Source: Actinomycetota bacterium
Lineage (GTDB): Bacteria; Actinomycetota; Geothermincolia; Geothermincolales; RBG-13-55-18
DNA: 64,000 bases
Reading direction: 5' to 3'
Assembly: GCA_030019255.1 (NCBI GenBank)
Contig: JASEFK010000006.1
Coordinates: 154,553 to 218,552 of the forward strand
In this document: positions 24,988 through 36,428 of the stretch, one piece after another
Numbering within the stretch: position 1 is the first letter of the stretch
How the letters are laid out: the number at the start of each line of letters is the position of its first letter
Position numbers and translations under genes: made by a program
The notes under the pieces: model-generated
The model's database searches: none
What the model was told of the DNA's origin: nothing
What the model saw: the letters and a program-made list of their open reading frames with translations, nothing else

Positions 24988-26829
24988 ATGGATAAAAAGA
25001 AAAGGCTGGTGATGGTAACCGACACCACCCTCCGGGACGCCCATCAGTCCCTGTGGGCCACCCGTATGCGCCTCACCGACATACTACCCATCGCCGAGCG
25101 CATCGACGAGGTAGGTTACCATTCCGTGGAGGTCTGGGGCGGGGCCACCTTCGACGTCTGCATGCGTTACCTCAACGAGGACCCCTGGGACCGCCTGTAC
25201 CGCATCCGGGAGAAATTCAAGCGAACCAAGCTCCAGATGCTCCTGCGCGGCCAGAACCTGGTGGCCTACCGTAACTTTGCCGACGACCTGGTGGAGGAAT
25301 TCATCAAGCGGGCGGTAGCCGGGGGGATCGACATCATCCGCATCTTCGACGCCCTCAACGACGTGCGGAACATGCAGAAATCCATAGAGGTCACCAAGCG
25401 CGAGGGCGCCCACGCCCAAGGCACCATCTGCTACACCATAAGCCCGGTCCACACCATCGAGGGTTACGTGGAGACGGCCAAGACCCTGGTGGAGATGGGG
25501 GCCGACTCCATATGCATCAAGGACATGTCCGGCATCCTCGCCCCTTACGTGGCCTACGAACTGGTCAGGCGCCTCAAGGAAGCGGTGGAAGTGCCCGTCC
25601 AGCTCCATTCCCACGCCTCCACGGGAATGGCCTCCACTTCTTACCTGAAGGCCATCGAAGCGGGCGCGGACATCGTGGACTGCGCCGCGGCGCCGCTTGC
25701 CCTCTATACCAGCCAGCCGGCCATAGAGACCCTGGTGGCTTCCCTCAAGGACACGGAGTACGAGCTGGATTTGGACTTCGAGGCCATCCGCGACGTGTCG
25801 GAATACTTCGAGGTGGTGTCCAAGAAGCGCAAGCTGATGGGTGCCGAGCAGCCCCTCATCGACATCACAGTTATCTCCCACCAGATACCCGGCGGCATGG
25901 CCACCAACCTCATCGCCCAGCTGGAGCAGCAGAACGCCCTGGACCGCATGGAGGAGGTCCTGGAAGAGATTCCCAGGGTAAGAAAGGACATGGGCTACCC
26001 TCCCCTGGTAACCCCTACCAGCCAGCTGGTGGGAACCCAGGCCGTCTTCAACGTGCTCCTAGGGGAAAGATACAAGATAATCCCGCGCGAGATCGTCAAC
26101 TACGTGAAGGGCTATTACGGAAAACCTGCCGGGCCCATAAGCGAGGAGCTCATGGAGAAGGCGCTGAAGGGCGAGAAGCCCATCACCTGCCGGCCGGCGG
26201 ACCTCCTGGAGCCTGAGCTACCGAAGGCCAAGAGGGAGCTCGACCCCTCCCTGGTGGAGAAGGAGGAGGACTATATCTCCTACGCCATATTCCCGGACGT
26301 GGCCCTCAAGTTCTTCCAGTGGAGGAAGAACCCGGTCATCGACGAGGAGGAGGAGGAGCCCCCGCAGAAGGCCATGGAGAGGCGGGAAAGGGCCATGCTG
26401 GACGGGACCTACCTGGAGGAGCTTTCGGCGAAGCTGGCGGACGTGGTCAGCGAGGGGGTGAGCAGGGCCCTGCAAAACCTGACAGTGACCATAAGCTTGG
26501 GGGGGCAGGTCGCGGCGGCGGAGGCGGCCCCGGCCCCTTCCCGGCGGGCGCAGGTGGCGCAACTGGAAAGGGAGGAGCTGGGGTTGGTACAGGTGAGGTC
26601 CCCCATGGTGGGTACCTTCTACCGCACCCCCTCTCCCGGCGCGCCGCCCTTCGTGGAGGAGGGCGACGAGGTCAAGGAGGGCCAGACCCTCTGCCTCATA
26701 GAGGTCATGAAGCTCTTCAACGAGATACCCTCCCCAGTGGACGGCCGGGTGAAGCGCATCCTGGCCGAGCACGGCAAGGGCGTGGAATACGACGAAGTGC
26801 TCATGGAAATCGAGCCCTCGGGAGGGTAG
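24988..26829 (+). CDS. pycB: pyruvate carboxylase subunit B-like protein: 5S carboxyltransferase (HMGL-like TIM barrel) plus C-terminal biotin carboxyl carrier domain
   Basis: N-terminus VMVTDTTLRDAHQSLWATRMRLTDILPIAERIDEVGYHSVEVWGGATFD... (pyruvate/oxaloacetate carboxyltransferase). C-terminal biotinyl domain ...GQTLCLIEVMKLFNEIPSPVDGRVKRIL... (biotinyl-Lys in the E-x-MK-x motif). GAAGGGG RBS before ATG 24988. The ORF track start 24916 is an upstream extension. Confidence 0.8.
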   Translation: MDKKKRLVMVTDTTLRDAHQSLWATRMRLTDILPIAERIDEVGYHSVEVWGGATFDVCMRYLNEDPWDRLYRIREKFKRTKLQMLLRGQNLVAYRNFADDLVEEFIKRAVAGGIDIIRIFDALNDVRNMQKSIEVTKREGAHAQGTICYTISPVHTIEGYVETAKTLVEMGADSICIKDMSGILAPYVAYELVRRLKEAVEVPVQLHSHASTGMASTSYLKAIEAGADIVDCAAAPLALYTSQPAIETLVASLKDTEYELDLDFEAIRDVSEYFEVVSKKRKLMGAEQPLIDITVISHQIPGGMATNLIAQLEQQNALDRMEEVLEEIPRVRKDMGYPPLVTPTSQLVGTQAVFNVLLGERYKIIPREIVNYVKGYYGKPAGPISEELMEKALKGEKPITCRPADLLEPELPKAKRELDPSLVEKEEDYISYAIFPDVALKFFQWRKNPVIDEEEEEPPQKAMERRERAMLDGTYLEELSAKLADVVSEGVSRALQNLTVTISLGGQVAAAEAAPAPSRRAQVAQLEREELGLVQVRSPMVGTFYRTPSPGAPPFVEEGDEVKEGQTLCLIEVMKLFNEIPSPVDGRVKRILAEHGKGVEYDEVLMEIEPSGG

Positions 26830-26833
26830 AAAC

Positions 26834-28174
<1,341 letters not shown>

Positions 28175-28283
28175 GACGGAGGGACACAGCTCTTCGGGAC
28201 GGCACGAACCTCGCCCCCTGGAACCCGGTGCTCCGGGAAAGAACGCACCTACAGCTTTATATATTTTCTTCCAAAGGTCCGGC

Positions 28284-29180
28284 CTAGCCCCGCTCCGGGA
28301 CCCACGCCCGGCGGATGACCATGGCCCCGGCCAGGATGATGAGCAGACCTCCTGCCAAATCCTGCCATCCCATGCTCTCCCCCAGGAACAGCAGGCCATA
28401 GAGCATAGCGCTGGCCGGCTCAAGGTAGGCGATGATCCCCACGTGTTGAGCCTTCACCTTCTTCACCGCGAACACGTACAGCAGGCCCGCCAGCCCGGTG
28501 TGCACTAGGCCCAGCACGATCAGGGACGCCCAACCCCGCGGGGAGACCGTGAAATCGCGGAAAGCGCAGAAAGGCAGGAGCAAGGATGCGTTGACCGCCG
28601 TCTGGTAAAAGGTCACGGTGAGGGTCGGGGTGTCCTCGCGAAGGTACTTGAGGATGAAGAGGAGCAGGGCATAAGATACCGCCGAGCACAGGGCATAGGT
28701 TATTCCCGCCGCCGGAGAACCGGTCCCGGCCTTGGACCTGGTGAGCGAGATCAGCCCCATGCCCGCCAGGGCCAGGGCCAGGGCTAGCAGGGTCGTTCCC
28801 TCCAACCTCTCCCTGAGCACCAGGGGGGCCAGCAGCGCCACCAGCACCGGGGCGAGGTAGGTTATAAACTCCGCATCCCCGATGGGCAGGTTGTTCAAGG
28901 CCTTGAGGAAGAGCACCCAGTGCAGGGTGAGCAGCGCTCCGCTCGTCAGGAGGAGCACCGGGTGCCCGCCGAGCCGAAAATCCCCCGTCCTCCCGCTCAA
29001 GGCCATCACCGCCGCCAGGAAGGCCGCGCTGATCATGGAGCGGATGAAGACCACGAAATGTTCGCTGCCCGGAAGGTCTATCCACCGCAGGAAGACACCC
29101 ACCGACCCCCAGAGAGCCGCAGCACCGGCGATAAGGAGATATTCGAGACCCGCCGCTCCCCTTCCCTCCCTCGCTTCCAA
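28284..29180 (-). CDS. EamA/DMT-superfamily transporter
   Basis: 298 aa with ten predicted TM helices in two EamA half-domains (AALWGSVGVFLRW..., ...LGLVHTGLAGLLYVFAVKK...). Confidence 0.75.
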   Translation of the reverse strand: MEAREGRGAAGLEYLLIAGAAALWGSVGVFLRWIDLPGSEHFVVFIRSMISAAFLAAVMALSGRTGDFRLGGHPVLLLTSGALLTLHWVLFLKALNNLPIGDAEFITYLAPVLVALLAPLVLRERLEGTTLLALALALAGMGLISLTRSKAGTGSPAAGITYALCSAVSYALLLFILKYLREDTPTLTVTFYQTAVNASLLLPFCAFRDFTVSPRGWASLIVLGLVHTGLAGLLYVFAVKKVKAQHVGIIAYLEPASAMLYGLLFLGESMGWQDLAGGLLIILAGAMVIRRAWVPERG

Positions 29181-29344
29181 TCTTCCACTCTCCTTTCCCG
29201 TCGGTTCAACGTGTTCTGAAAATACTGCGTCGGCAACAAATCCGCGAGAAATTCTCCGCTTTCACCCCACCTGGTTGGTGGTAACCCTGATGACGGAGGG
29301 CTGGGGAGAGGAACCCACCCCGCGTTCCATCACCGGGAGGGGGA

Positions 29345-30496
29345 TCAGGCTGCCCTTATGGAGATGGATAACCGTCCTTCTTCGTTGAGTTCCCACTCGG
29401 CGATGGTGCTCTCGTTTCCGGAGGTGATCTCGTAGAAAGCCTGGGTCATGCCCACCATGAAAAGCTCCAGGCAGGCGTTGTGGAGCGTCATTTCCAGCTT
29501 CTTCCTATCCCCTTCCAGGGAAACCAGGTAACCCAGGCCCCTGCGGGCCATGTGCATCTTGAGCATGCCGGTTATGGTGGAGACCAGCTCCCGGTCCACC
29601 CTTTCGTGTATGTAGCGCCTGTGCGCCTCCACCACCGCCCTTCGAAGGGCCGGTCCGTGTTCCTCGGCCAAGTCATCGAACACCGCCTCCAGGGCCAGGG
29701 GGCCGAAGACGGCCACCCTCCTTCCGGTATCCGAGGCGGTGATGATCCCCCTCTCCAGGTCCCAATGGTACCCGGAGATGAGGGAGGGAACACCGCAGGA
29801 AGGGCACTTTTCGTGTTCCACGTCCCCGGCTACGAACTCGTACCTTTTTCTGCGCCTCAGCTTGCCCCCGAGCTCTACGGGGTGTTCGGAGGGAAAGAGG
29901 TGCAGCCTGAAGACGTCTTCTTCCATCTCCTCCCCCTCTATCCACATGTCCAAGCCCTCGAAGGCTTCGACGGTCCCCAGGATGTCCGCCTTCCAGAGGG
30001 GAACGGAATAAGGATACCTCATCACCAGCCGGCGCCATGGATAAGGCTCATCCTCCGCCCAGTCCACGGATACCTCCCCGTACCCGAAAACGCGGGCCAC
30101 GCCGGAGACCCTTTCCACCAGGTCCTCCCTTATCCGGACCACGAAATCGGCCATGGCCCGGCTGAGCGGAGAGTCCTTCGCCGTGGGTCCCGCATCGCCC
30201 AGAAGAAGGGTGTTCCGGATCTCGAAGGGAAAGCTCCTCTCGATGAACCTCCTGGTCTCCCTGCGCCGGCTCTCCACAACCATCGGCTCTATGCTCCGTC
30301 CCAGAATCCCCTCGATTCCCCGGAAGACGTTGTCTATGATGTTGGACTCGTAGATCACCATGCGGTTGTGAGGAGACTGGGCCAGGCTGATCACCCCGCC
30401 GCTTTCCCACCGCAGCTCGTTTCCCATCAGGGCGGGAACCCCGCACTGCTCACACCTTTCAATAGGTTGTGCCATTCCGCCCGTGCCCCCCTTCAC
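29345..30496 (-). CDS. uncharacterised protein, paralog A of a tandem pair; internally duplicated CxxCG(VP)...HNRM...IIDN module
   Basis: 383 aa. N-terminal half: CEQCGVPALMGNELRWESGGVISLAQSPHNRMVIYESNIIDNVFRGIEGILG. C-terminal half: CPSCGVPSLISGYHWDLERGIITASDTGRRVAVFGPLALEAVFDDLAEEHG. About 45% identical to the protein at 30840-31976. A likelier start is M8 (ATG about 30475), which has an AAGGGGGG RBS. Confidence 0.6.
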   Translation of the reverse strand: MKGGTGGMAQPIERCEQCGVPALMGNELRWESGGVISLAQSPHNRMVIYESNIIDNVFRGIEGILGRSIEPMVVESRRRETRRFIERSFPFEIRNTLLLGDAGPTAKDSPLSRAMADFVVRIREDLVERVSGVARVFGYGEVSVDWAEDEPYPWRRLVMRYPYSVPLWKADILGTVEAFEGLDMWIEGEEMEEDVFRLHLFPSEHPVELGGKLRRRKRYEFVAGDVEHEKCPSCGVPSLISGYHWDLERGIITASDTGRRVAVFGPLALEAVFDDLAEEHGPALRRAVVEAHRRYIHERVDRELVSTITGMLKMHMARRGLGYLVSLEGDRKKLEMTLHNACLELFMVGMTQAFYEITSGNESTIAEWELNEEGRLSISIRAA

Positions 30497-30839
30497 CAGG
30501 CTTTAATAACTTTGATAAGCATGTTCGGGTCTCCATCCTCCGAATACTCCCTTTCGTGGGAAAAATCCTCCACGCCGAGCGCGATCTCGAACCTACTTAT
30601 CTTCCTGTTTTGATTAATGACCGGTTTGCCAGCTTTACCTTGCTTAACGCTCTTCCCTTTCTTTACTCCCTCAAGCTTGCTTTCCGGGTGAAAGAGGGTT
30701 TGCATCTCTAGGGATTTATTCGCCTTCTCGCAGCCCGACCTTGAGTAAATGTCGGAAAGTCTTCCGGCGGATCGACCGGCAGCTCCTCGCGGGCCGCGCC
30801 CGGGGAGACATCCCTCAACCCGATATCTGAAGGATACCC

Positions 30840-31976
30840 CTAAAGAGTGACCTCTATCTCTAGGTCACCGTCGTCGCGCAGGCTCCATCTGACCTCGGAA
30901 TTCTCCCTGCCCATGGCGATCTCGTAAAGGGCCTGCGCCATGCCCACGTTCAGATAGGGCATACAGGCGTTATGGAGGGTCACCGAGAGGTGCTCTGTGT
31001 CCGCTTCGAATCTGGCCACGTAGCCCAGCCCCCTGAGGGCAGCCATGTGCATGAAATCGGTGCCCCTCTTCCTCCAGTTCTCACCCGCGACGCGCGATTT
31101 CACGTACCTCCTCTGGGCTTCCACGGCGGCTGCGGGCACCTCATCGCCCAGCTCCGCTTCCAGGTCCTGCAGGACGGCATCCACGGCATGGGGACCGAAG
31201 AGGGCCATCCTCCTCCCGCTATCGGTATCGGTTATGATTCCCCTGTCCAGGTCCCAGTTCAAGCGCTCAACTTCACGAGGCACGCCGCATCCCGGACAAA
31301 GGTCATAGTGGAGTTCACCAGGCTTGAAAGGGTAGCGCTTTCTCGCCAGGCGTTCCCGGAGAGCCACGGGGTGTTCTCCGGGCTGGACCTCGAAAAGATA
31401 GACTCCCTCCTCAAGTTCACGGTAGGTGACGCAGTGGTCCTTGCCCTCGAAGGCCTCCACGGAAGCCAGGCACTCCGCGGCGAAAAAGAGCACCGAATAG
31501 GGATTGTGGACTACGGTGGAGCGCCAGGGATGCACGTCACCCTCCTCCCACAGGGGACCCGGCCTGGAGTCCCCGTAACCGTATACCCTGCCTACCTCGA
31601 AGACCCTGCCGGCCAGAGCCTTTCCCAGCGGCCCGCGAACCGCCCGCGCCAACCCTTTCAATCCCGGCATCCCGCTGAGGCGCTCGTTGAGTGTCACCAA
31701 GGGCCGCCGTATCCAGGCGGGGAATACCCCCTCGATGTACTTCCTCACCTCCCGGCGCCGGCTCTCGATGACGATGTGCTCGATGGAAACGCCGATGAGC
31801 TCCTCGATGCCCCGGAAGAGATTGTCGATGATGTTGGACTCGTAAAGAACCATGCGGTTGTGGGGTGCCCTGGCCAGGTGAATGACCCCGTCGCTTCCCC
31901 ACCGCAGTTCCCTGCCAATGAAGAGCGGCACACCGCAGGAAGGGCATTTTTTCCTGAGTGAAGATCCTCCCGGCAT
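30840..31976 (-). CDS. uncharacterised protein, paralog B of the tandem pair (same two-module architecture)
   Basis: 378 aa. CPSCGVPLFIGRELRWGSDGVIHLARAPHNRMVLYESNIIDNLFRGIEELIG and CPGCGVPREVERLNWDLDRGIITDTDSGRRMALFGPHAVDAVLQDLEAELG. Collinear with paralog A. Confidence 0.6.
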   Translation of the reverse strand: MPGGSSLRKKCPSCGVPLFIGRELRWGSDGVIHLARAPHNRMVLYESNIIDNLFRGIEELIGVSIEHIVIESRRREVRKYIEGVFPAWIRRPLVTLNERLSGMPGLKGLARAVRGPLGKALAGRVFEVGRVYGYGDSRPGPLWEEGDVHPWRSTVVHNPYSVLFFAAECLASVEAFEGKDHCVTYRELEEGVYLFEVQPGEHPVALRERLARKRYPFKPGELHYDLCPGCGVPREVERLNWDLDRGIITDTDSGRRMALFGPHAVDAVLQDLEAELGDEVPAAAVEAQRRYVKSRVAGENWRKRGTDFMHMAALRGLGYVARFEADTEHLSVTLHNACMPYLNVGMAQALYEIAMGRENSEVRWSLRDDGDLEIEVTL

Positions 31977-32305
31977 TTCCGGTTCCTCCCCCGGCTCTTT
32001 CCCCGGTGGGGTTATAAATATGCGCCATTCATTCCCTGCGCCTCTCCTCCTAAGAGGCGCCCGGTCCTTTTTACGCCGGGTTTAAGTTTATACCAAGTAA
32101 ACTTGTTGTCAACCACGCAGAGGCAGCCATCATCTTTACGGATTCCCGTGCGGTTTACCATGAACCTGCTGAAGGTGATGGAGATTTTCGTTGGGCGCAT
32201 GACCTGAGGAGGGCGGTAATGATCATATTCCGATGAGATCACCACGAGGTCTCGGCAGGCGATCTTCCCCTTCTCCTCCACGGCCCTGGTAGCGTTCCCC
32301 GCCGC

Positions 32306-32956
32306 CTAAGGGCCGCCGTAAGGCTCTTCCGATCCGGTTTCGTGTATCATCCATCTCTTTCCATCGTTGCGCAACCCCAGGCGGAACCGACTGCCCCCGC
32401 CGTCACGCAATAGTTCCACGTCCACGTAGGCCCTGGAGCCGGTCAGGTGCGAAAGATGCGTCTTCCAGCCCGTGACCGAATCCATCCGCTCCTTCATGAG
32501 GCTCAGGTATCCCTCGAAATCCCCTTCCTCCTTAAACCTAGAGGTGACGTGAAGCATCTCCCATGCCTCGCCCAGTCGGCCTTCGTTCAGGGTCAGTAGG
32601 TAATGTTCAACCGTCTCGACCGGCGCATGCGCTGCTTGGACGGCCAGAAAGGAGAAGGCGGCCAGGGCCAGCACGGCGAAGGCGGCGGCCATCATAATCC
32701 GGGCCAGCAAGCTCCAGGTTCTTCCGCCCATCCCCCCGGAAGGGGGACCGGAAAAGGCGGAAATGCCTTCAGAACCGACCTCTGGAATCGGGCCCGACGC
32801 TTCCTCTACCGCAGGCTCATGCGGCCCGCCTCCATCGGGAGATATTCCTTGCGTCCTCCCATGCTTTTCCTGATCGGCTCCCTTGCCCGGGCGATCGTCG
32901 TCCTTCCTCCTTCCATTCACCATTACCTTCGCTCCTTGTAGGTCTTGAATGTCCAC
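32306..32956 (-). CDS. membrane-anchored hypothetical protein
   Basis: Single TM LLARIMMAAAFAVLALAAFSFLAV, then a ~120-aa soluble domain. The N-terminal 75 aa are low-complexity (G/P/D-rich), so the start may be internal, for example at MGGRTWS. Confidence 0.4.
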   Translation of the reverse strand: MDIQDLQGAKVMVNGRRKDDDRPGKGADQEKHGRTQGISPDGGGPHEPAVEEASGPIPEVGSEGISAFSGPPSGGMGGRTWSLLARIMMAAAFAVLALAAFSFLAVQAAHAPVETVEHYLLTLNEGRLGEAWEMLHVTSRFKEEGDFEGYLSLMKERMDSVTGWKTHLSHLTGSRAYVDVELLRDGGGSRFRLGLRNDGKRWMIHETGSEEPYGGP

Positions 32957-33403
32957 CTTGCCGCTTGGCCCTCTTTATCCGCTCCTCAAGCCGCTTCGAG
33001 CCTCCTTGTCCCTTCCTCGAGGAGATGCCTCTCCGGTAAGTCCTCCCAGCTTTCTCGCTTCTCCATCCCAGCCGACTTCCATACCTTTCCCGGGAGGCCG
33101 GAAAGGCGACCCTTCTTCCGCCACGCCGGTTAAAGAGTCGCCTGTGATGTATTTCTTCCATTCCATGGAAAAACTAAACCTGGCCATATTTTCATCGGAT
33201 TTTTCCACCGGAACTTTATCCGACCGAACCGTACGGGTAAAAGCCGTGCTTGGATAAATGCGACCGGTCTTCCCCGGCGGAACGATACACCCTGCGGGGT
33301 AATGATCTCCTTACCTGTGGGAAACCGGATTCCGGCGCCAACGACGTTCTTTCGCATAAAATATATCCATGATCAGTATTCGGAAAGGCGTGAGGGGGCC
33401 GTC

Positions 33404-34723
33404 ATGGAGGCAGGAAAACTGGCCGATGAGGCTGTAGAGGTGCTAAGCGCCTACCTACGCGTTGACACCACCAACCCACCCGGCAACGAGGCGGCCGGCG
33501 CTTCCTTCCTGGCGGGCGTCCTGCGCGACTACGGACTGGAATACCAGGTCTACGAGACGGCGCCTGGGCGTTCCTCGCTTCTCGCCCGCCTGCCGGGAAG
33601 CGGGGAGGGTAAACCCCTCGTCTTCCTCAACCACATCGACGTGGTGCCGGCGGACCCGGAAGGTTGGCAGGTGGCGCCCTTCTCCGGGGAGATAAGCGAC
33701 GGCTTCGTGTGGGGAAGAGGGGCCCTGGACATGAAGGGCATGGGAGTCATGCAGCTCATGGCCTTCATCGCCGTGGCCGGCGAAAACATTCCGTTGCGCA
33801 GGGACCTGGTTTTTTTGGCCGTCGCCGACGAGGAAGCGGGTGGATACGCGGGAGTGAAGCTCCTCCTGGAAAAGTATCCCAGGGAGCTGGAAGCGGACCT
33901 GGTGATCAACGAGGGAGGCTACGCCCTCCTGGACCTGGTTCCGGGAAAGCCCTTCTTCATGGTCGCCTGCGCCGAGAAATACGGGCTCTGGCTCCGCCTG
34001 CTCCAGCATGGCCAGGGCGGCCACGGTTCCATGCCCACAGGAAAGGGCGCCCTAGAGCTCCTGGTCGTTTCCCTGGCCCGTTTCCTGGAACACAAGAGGC
34101 CCCTCCGGATCAACCCGGTGATGCAGGCCTTCTTCGCCAGGCTGGCCGAATACTGGGAGGTCCTCAGGCCTTACCGTGAGGACGGGAAGGCGGAAACCCT
34201 GCTGCACATCATCGAGGAGAATAAACTAGACGCCGTACCGGCCCTCAACGCCGTGCTTCGCGATACCGCCAGCCTGAACGTGCTCCATGCCGGCAACAAG
34301 ATCAACGTCATCCCGGACCGCGCCGAGGCCTTCCTGGACTGCCGGCTCCTGCCGGAGACGGAGGCCTCGGAATTCGAAGATTTCGTGCGTAAGACCCTGG
34401 ATGGAGAGGACCCGGAAATCCATCACTACCTGGAAATGGAAAAATCTCCTCCCTCCCCCTGGGACGGCGAAATCTACCGCGTGGTGGAGGAGAGTATCCT
34501 CGAGTGCTATCCGGACGCCGTGGTCTCCCCTTTCATGCTCTCCGGCCTCTCCGATTCGCGCTTCTTCCGCGCCCGCGGGGTCCCCTGCTACGGCATTATC
34601 CCCGCGCGTATCGGCCTCTCCGACCTCCCCCGCATCCACGGCGCGGACGAGCGTATCTCCGTCCGGGACGTGCGAGATGGCGTGTTCTTCCTCCGTAACC
34701 TGGCCTTGCGGTTCTGCGCCTGA
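33404..34723 (+). CDS. M20-family metallopeptidase (ArgE/DapE/dipeptidase-like)
   Basis: ...VDTTNPPGNEAAG...LVFLNHIDVVPADPEGWQVAPFSGEISDGFVWGRGALDMKG... contains the M20 metal-ligand His (HIDVV) and the GRGxxDxKG block. GAGGGGG RBS before ATG 33404. Confidence 0.8.
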   Translation: MEAGKLADEAVEVLSAYLRVDTTNPPGNEAAGASFLAGVLRDYGLEYQVYETAPGRSSLLARLPGSGEGKPLVFLNHIDVVPADPEGWQVAPFSGEISDGFVWGRGALDMKGMGVMQLMAFIAVAGENIPLRRDLVFLAVADEEAGGYAGVKLLLEKYPRELEADLVINEGGYALLDLVPGKPFFMVACAEKYGLWLRLLQHGQGGHGSMPTGKGALELLVVSLARFLEHKRPLRINPVMQAFFARLAEYWEVLRPYREDGKAETLLHIIEENKLDAVPALNAVLRDTASLNVLHAGNKINVIPDRAEAFLDCRLLPETEASEFEDFVRKTLDGEDPEIHHYLEMEKSPPSPWDGEIYRVVEESILECYPDAVVSPFMLSGLSDSRFFRARGVPCYGIIPARIGLSDLPRIHGADERISVRDVRDGVFFLRNLALRFCA

Positions 34724-34747
34724 GGTCCGGGTGCCGGGAAGCCGGTC

Positions 34748-35812
34748 CTACTGCAGGGCCACCATCTCGTGCAGGGTGGTACCCGTCTCCTCGACGGAAC
34801 GCCCATCATGGTTCACGCGGAGGGTAAAATCCGACTCGAAGCGGAACCATCCCGGGCGCATGAAACGGTTCACCAACCACTTGACGGCCGGGTTCATGAT
34901 CACCGGGTTGAGCTCGGAGAGGAAATCGTTGGCGTCTATGATGCGCCTCACGTCCAGTCGCAGGAAGACCCGGTCGGGGATTTCCATTTCCAGGAAAGTG
35001 GGATAGGTGCGGTTGGCTGCAGGATGGAAGTCCGGCGGCCCCTCCCTCAGCCGCATCTCCCCGGAGCTGAGAATCACCTCGCCTCCCCGGGCCAGCATGA
35101 GCGGCCTGGAGGCCTTCCCCCCGAAGCGTTTCCGCGTCTTCACGTAGGCGTAGAGCAGGGTGTGTTCCGGGGTGTACAGCCTTCCCCAGTACCAGAAGGA
35201 GAGGATGCGCCGCATGTCCGCGGTGACCACATTGTGGTCATGGTAGCCTATCCCCCGGGCCCGCAGGGTGGTGCCCCCGTAACGCACTGTTCCCTCCACT
35301 TCCGCCCGCGGCGCGGGGACCACCCAGGCGAAGTAACCGCGGTCCCCGTACCTGGTGAGACCCTTTCCGGGTTTCCATCCCGGGACCTGGCTGCGGAAAG
35401 TGAGGTCCGCTTCCATGCCCTCCTCGGCGATGTGCAGGTAGTGCACGGGCAAGTTGCCGCCCTCGGGAAACTCGGCGTAGCAGTGGTTGTCCCCCACCCG
35501 CACGTCACACTTCTCGGTGGAGGCCTTCAGCTGGGAGTGCGGGAACTTCTTGACCACGGAGAGCTTCTCTCCGTCCGGCTTATAGACATGCAGTTCTATG
35601 CCCGGCTTACGGGACATAAGTTCCGAGGCCTGGAGGAAACCAACCACCACGTGTCCGTCATCCAGGCGGGCGTCGAAATACCACCATTCCCCGTAGTAGC
35701 GGCTGCTCCTTGCTTCGGGATGCAGGGCGTTCTCTTCGGGAGTCAGAGGAATTATTTCCCCGTCCTTCTCCCCGGGACCTAACCACTCGTCGACAACCGG
35801 CTCTATCCTCAT
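34748..35812 (-). CDS. CrtC/AttH-like (hydroxyneurosporene-synthase-type lipocalin-like hydratase) family protein, tentative
   Basis: 355 aa from the ATG at 35812, with a GGGAGG RBS 5 nt upstream. Trp/Tyr-rich beta-rich sequence (YYGEWWYFDARLDDGHVVVGFL...GYFAWVV...). The family assignment rests on overall resemblance only. Confidence 0.4.
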   Translation of the reverse strand: MRIEPVVDEWLGPGEKDGEIIPLTPEENALHPEARSSRYYGEWWYFDARLDDGHVVVGFLQASELMSRKPGIELHVYKPDGEKLSVVKKFPHSQLKASTEKCDVRVGDNHCYAEFPEGGNLPVHYLHIAEEGMEADLTFRSQVPGWKPGKGLTRYGDRGYFAWVVPAPRAEVEGTVRYGGTTLRARGIGYHDHNVVTADMRRILSFWYWGRLYTPEHTLLYAYVKTRKRFGGKASRPLMLARGGEVILSSGEMRLREGPPDFHPAANRTYPTFLEMEIPDRVFLRLDVRRIIDANDFLSELNPVIMNPAVKWLVNRFMRPGWFRFESDFTLRVNHDGRSVEETGTTLHEMVALQ

Positions 35813-36428
35813 CTCTACCTCCCTCTCCGAGACGCCTCGTGCCGTCACTCCGCCCTTTATGGACGGAAACCGTAAATGAAAACCTTCGGCCCACGGATCC
35901 ACCCGATTTCCCGCTTGCCTCTACCCACGATCCGCCAGGAGAGCCCTGGAACGACAGGGCAGGGACGCCTCGTCTCCTGGTACCATCCATTATAGACAAG
36001 ATCCCTTGTTCTGTTTTATGCTTATCCCGGGCTCCCCGTGAGTTCAAGGCATCTTCCAATCCCCCGAAGCTCGCCTTGATGCGGAAGCCTGGTGTGGATG
36101 ACACTGGTGGTTCCAACCCGGCCCCTCACCCGGACGCCCCTTCATTTCCCTCGACACAGGCCGGGCACAGGGATGTTCGCCATGTTCCGGGACCGGGGCC
36201 ATCCCTCCCCGGAAGCACTCACTTGCCCCCCGAGGCGCCGCGGGGCCCTGGCGGCCAGGCAAGGTGAGCCCCTGCCGGCTCCCTAAGTCGTTCCTCCTGG
36301 AAAAACCGGGGAAAGGGTGATCACATGGGAAGAGAGCGGCACCGGGCCTCTTGCCGCCGCGCGCGGGATATGGCGCCGCAAGGTGGTCGAGCGTCATCTT
36401 CCCGGTCAGAACCGGGGCCGGGAGGGGA

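Noticed and set aside
33302-33403. 34-codon N-terminal extension of the M20 peptidase ORF
   Set aside because: The internal ATG at 33404 has a GAGGGGG RBS and aligns with the usual M20 N-terminus. The extension has no upstream signals.
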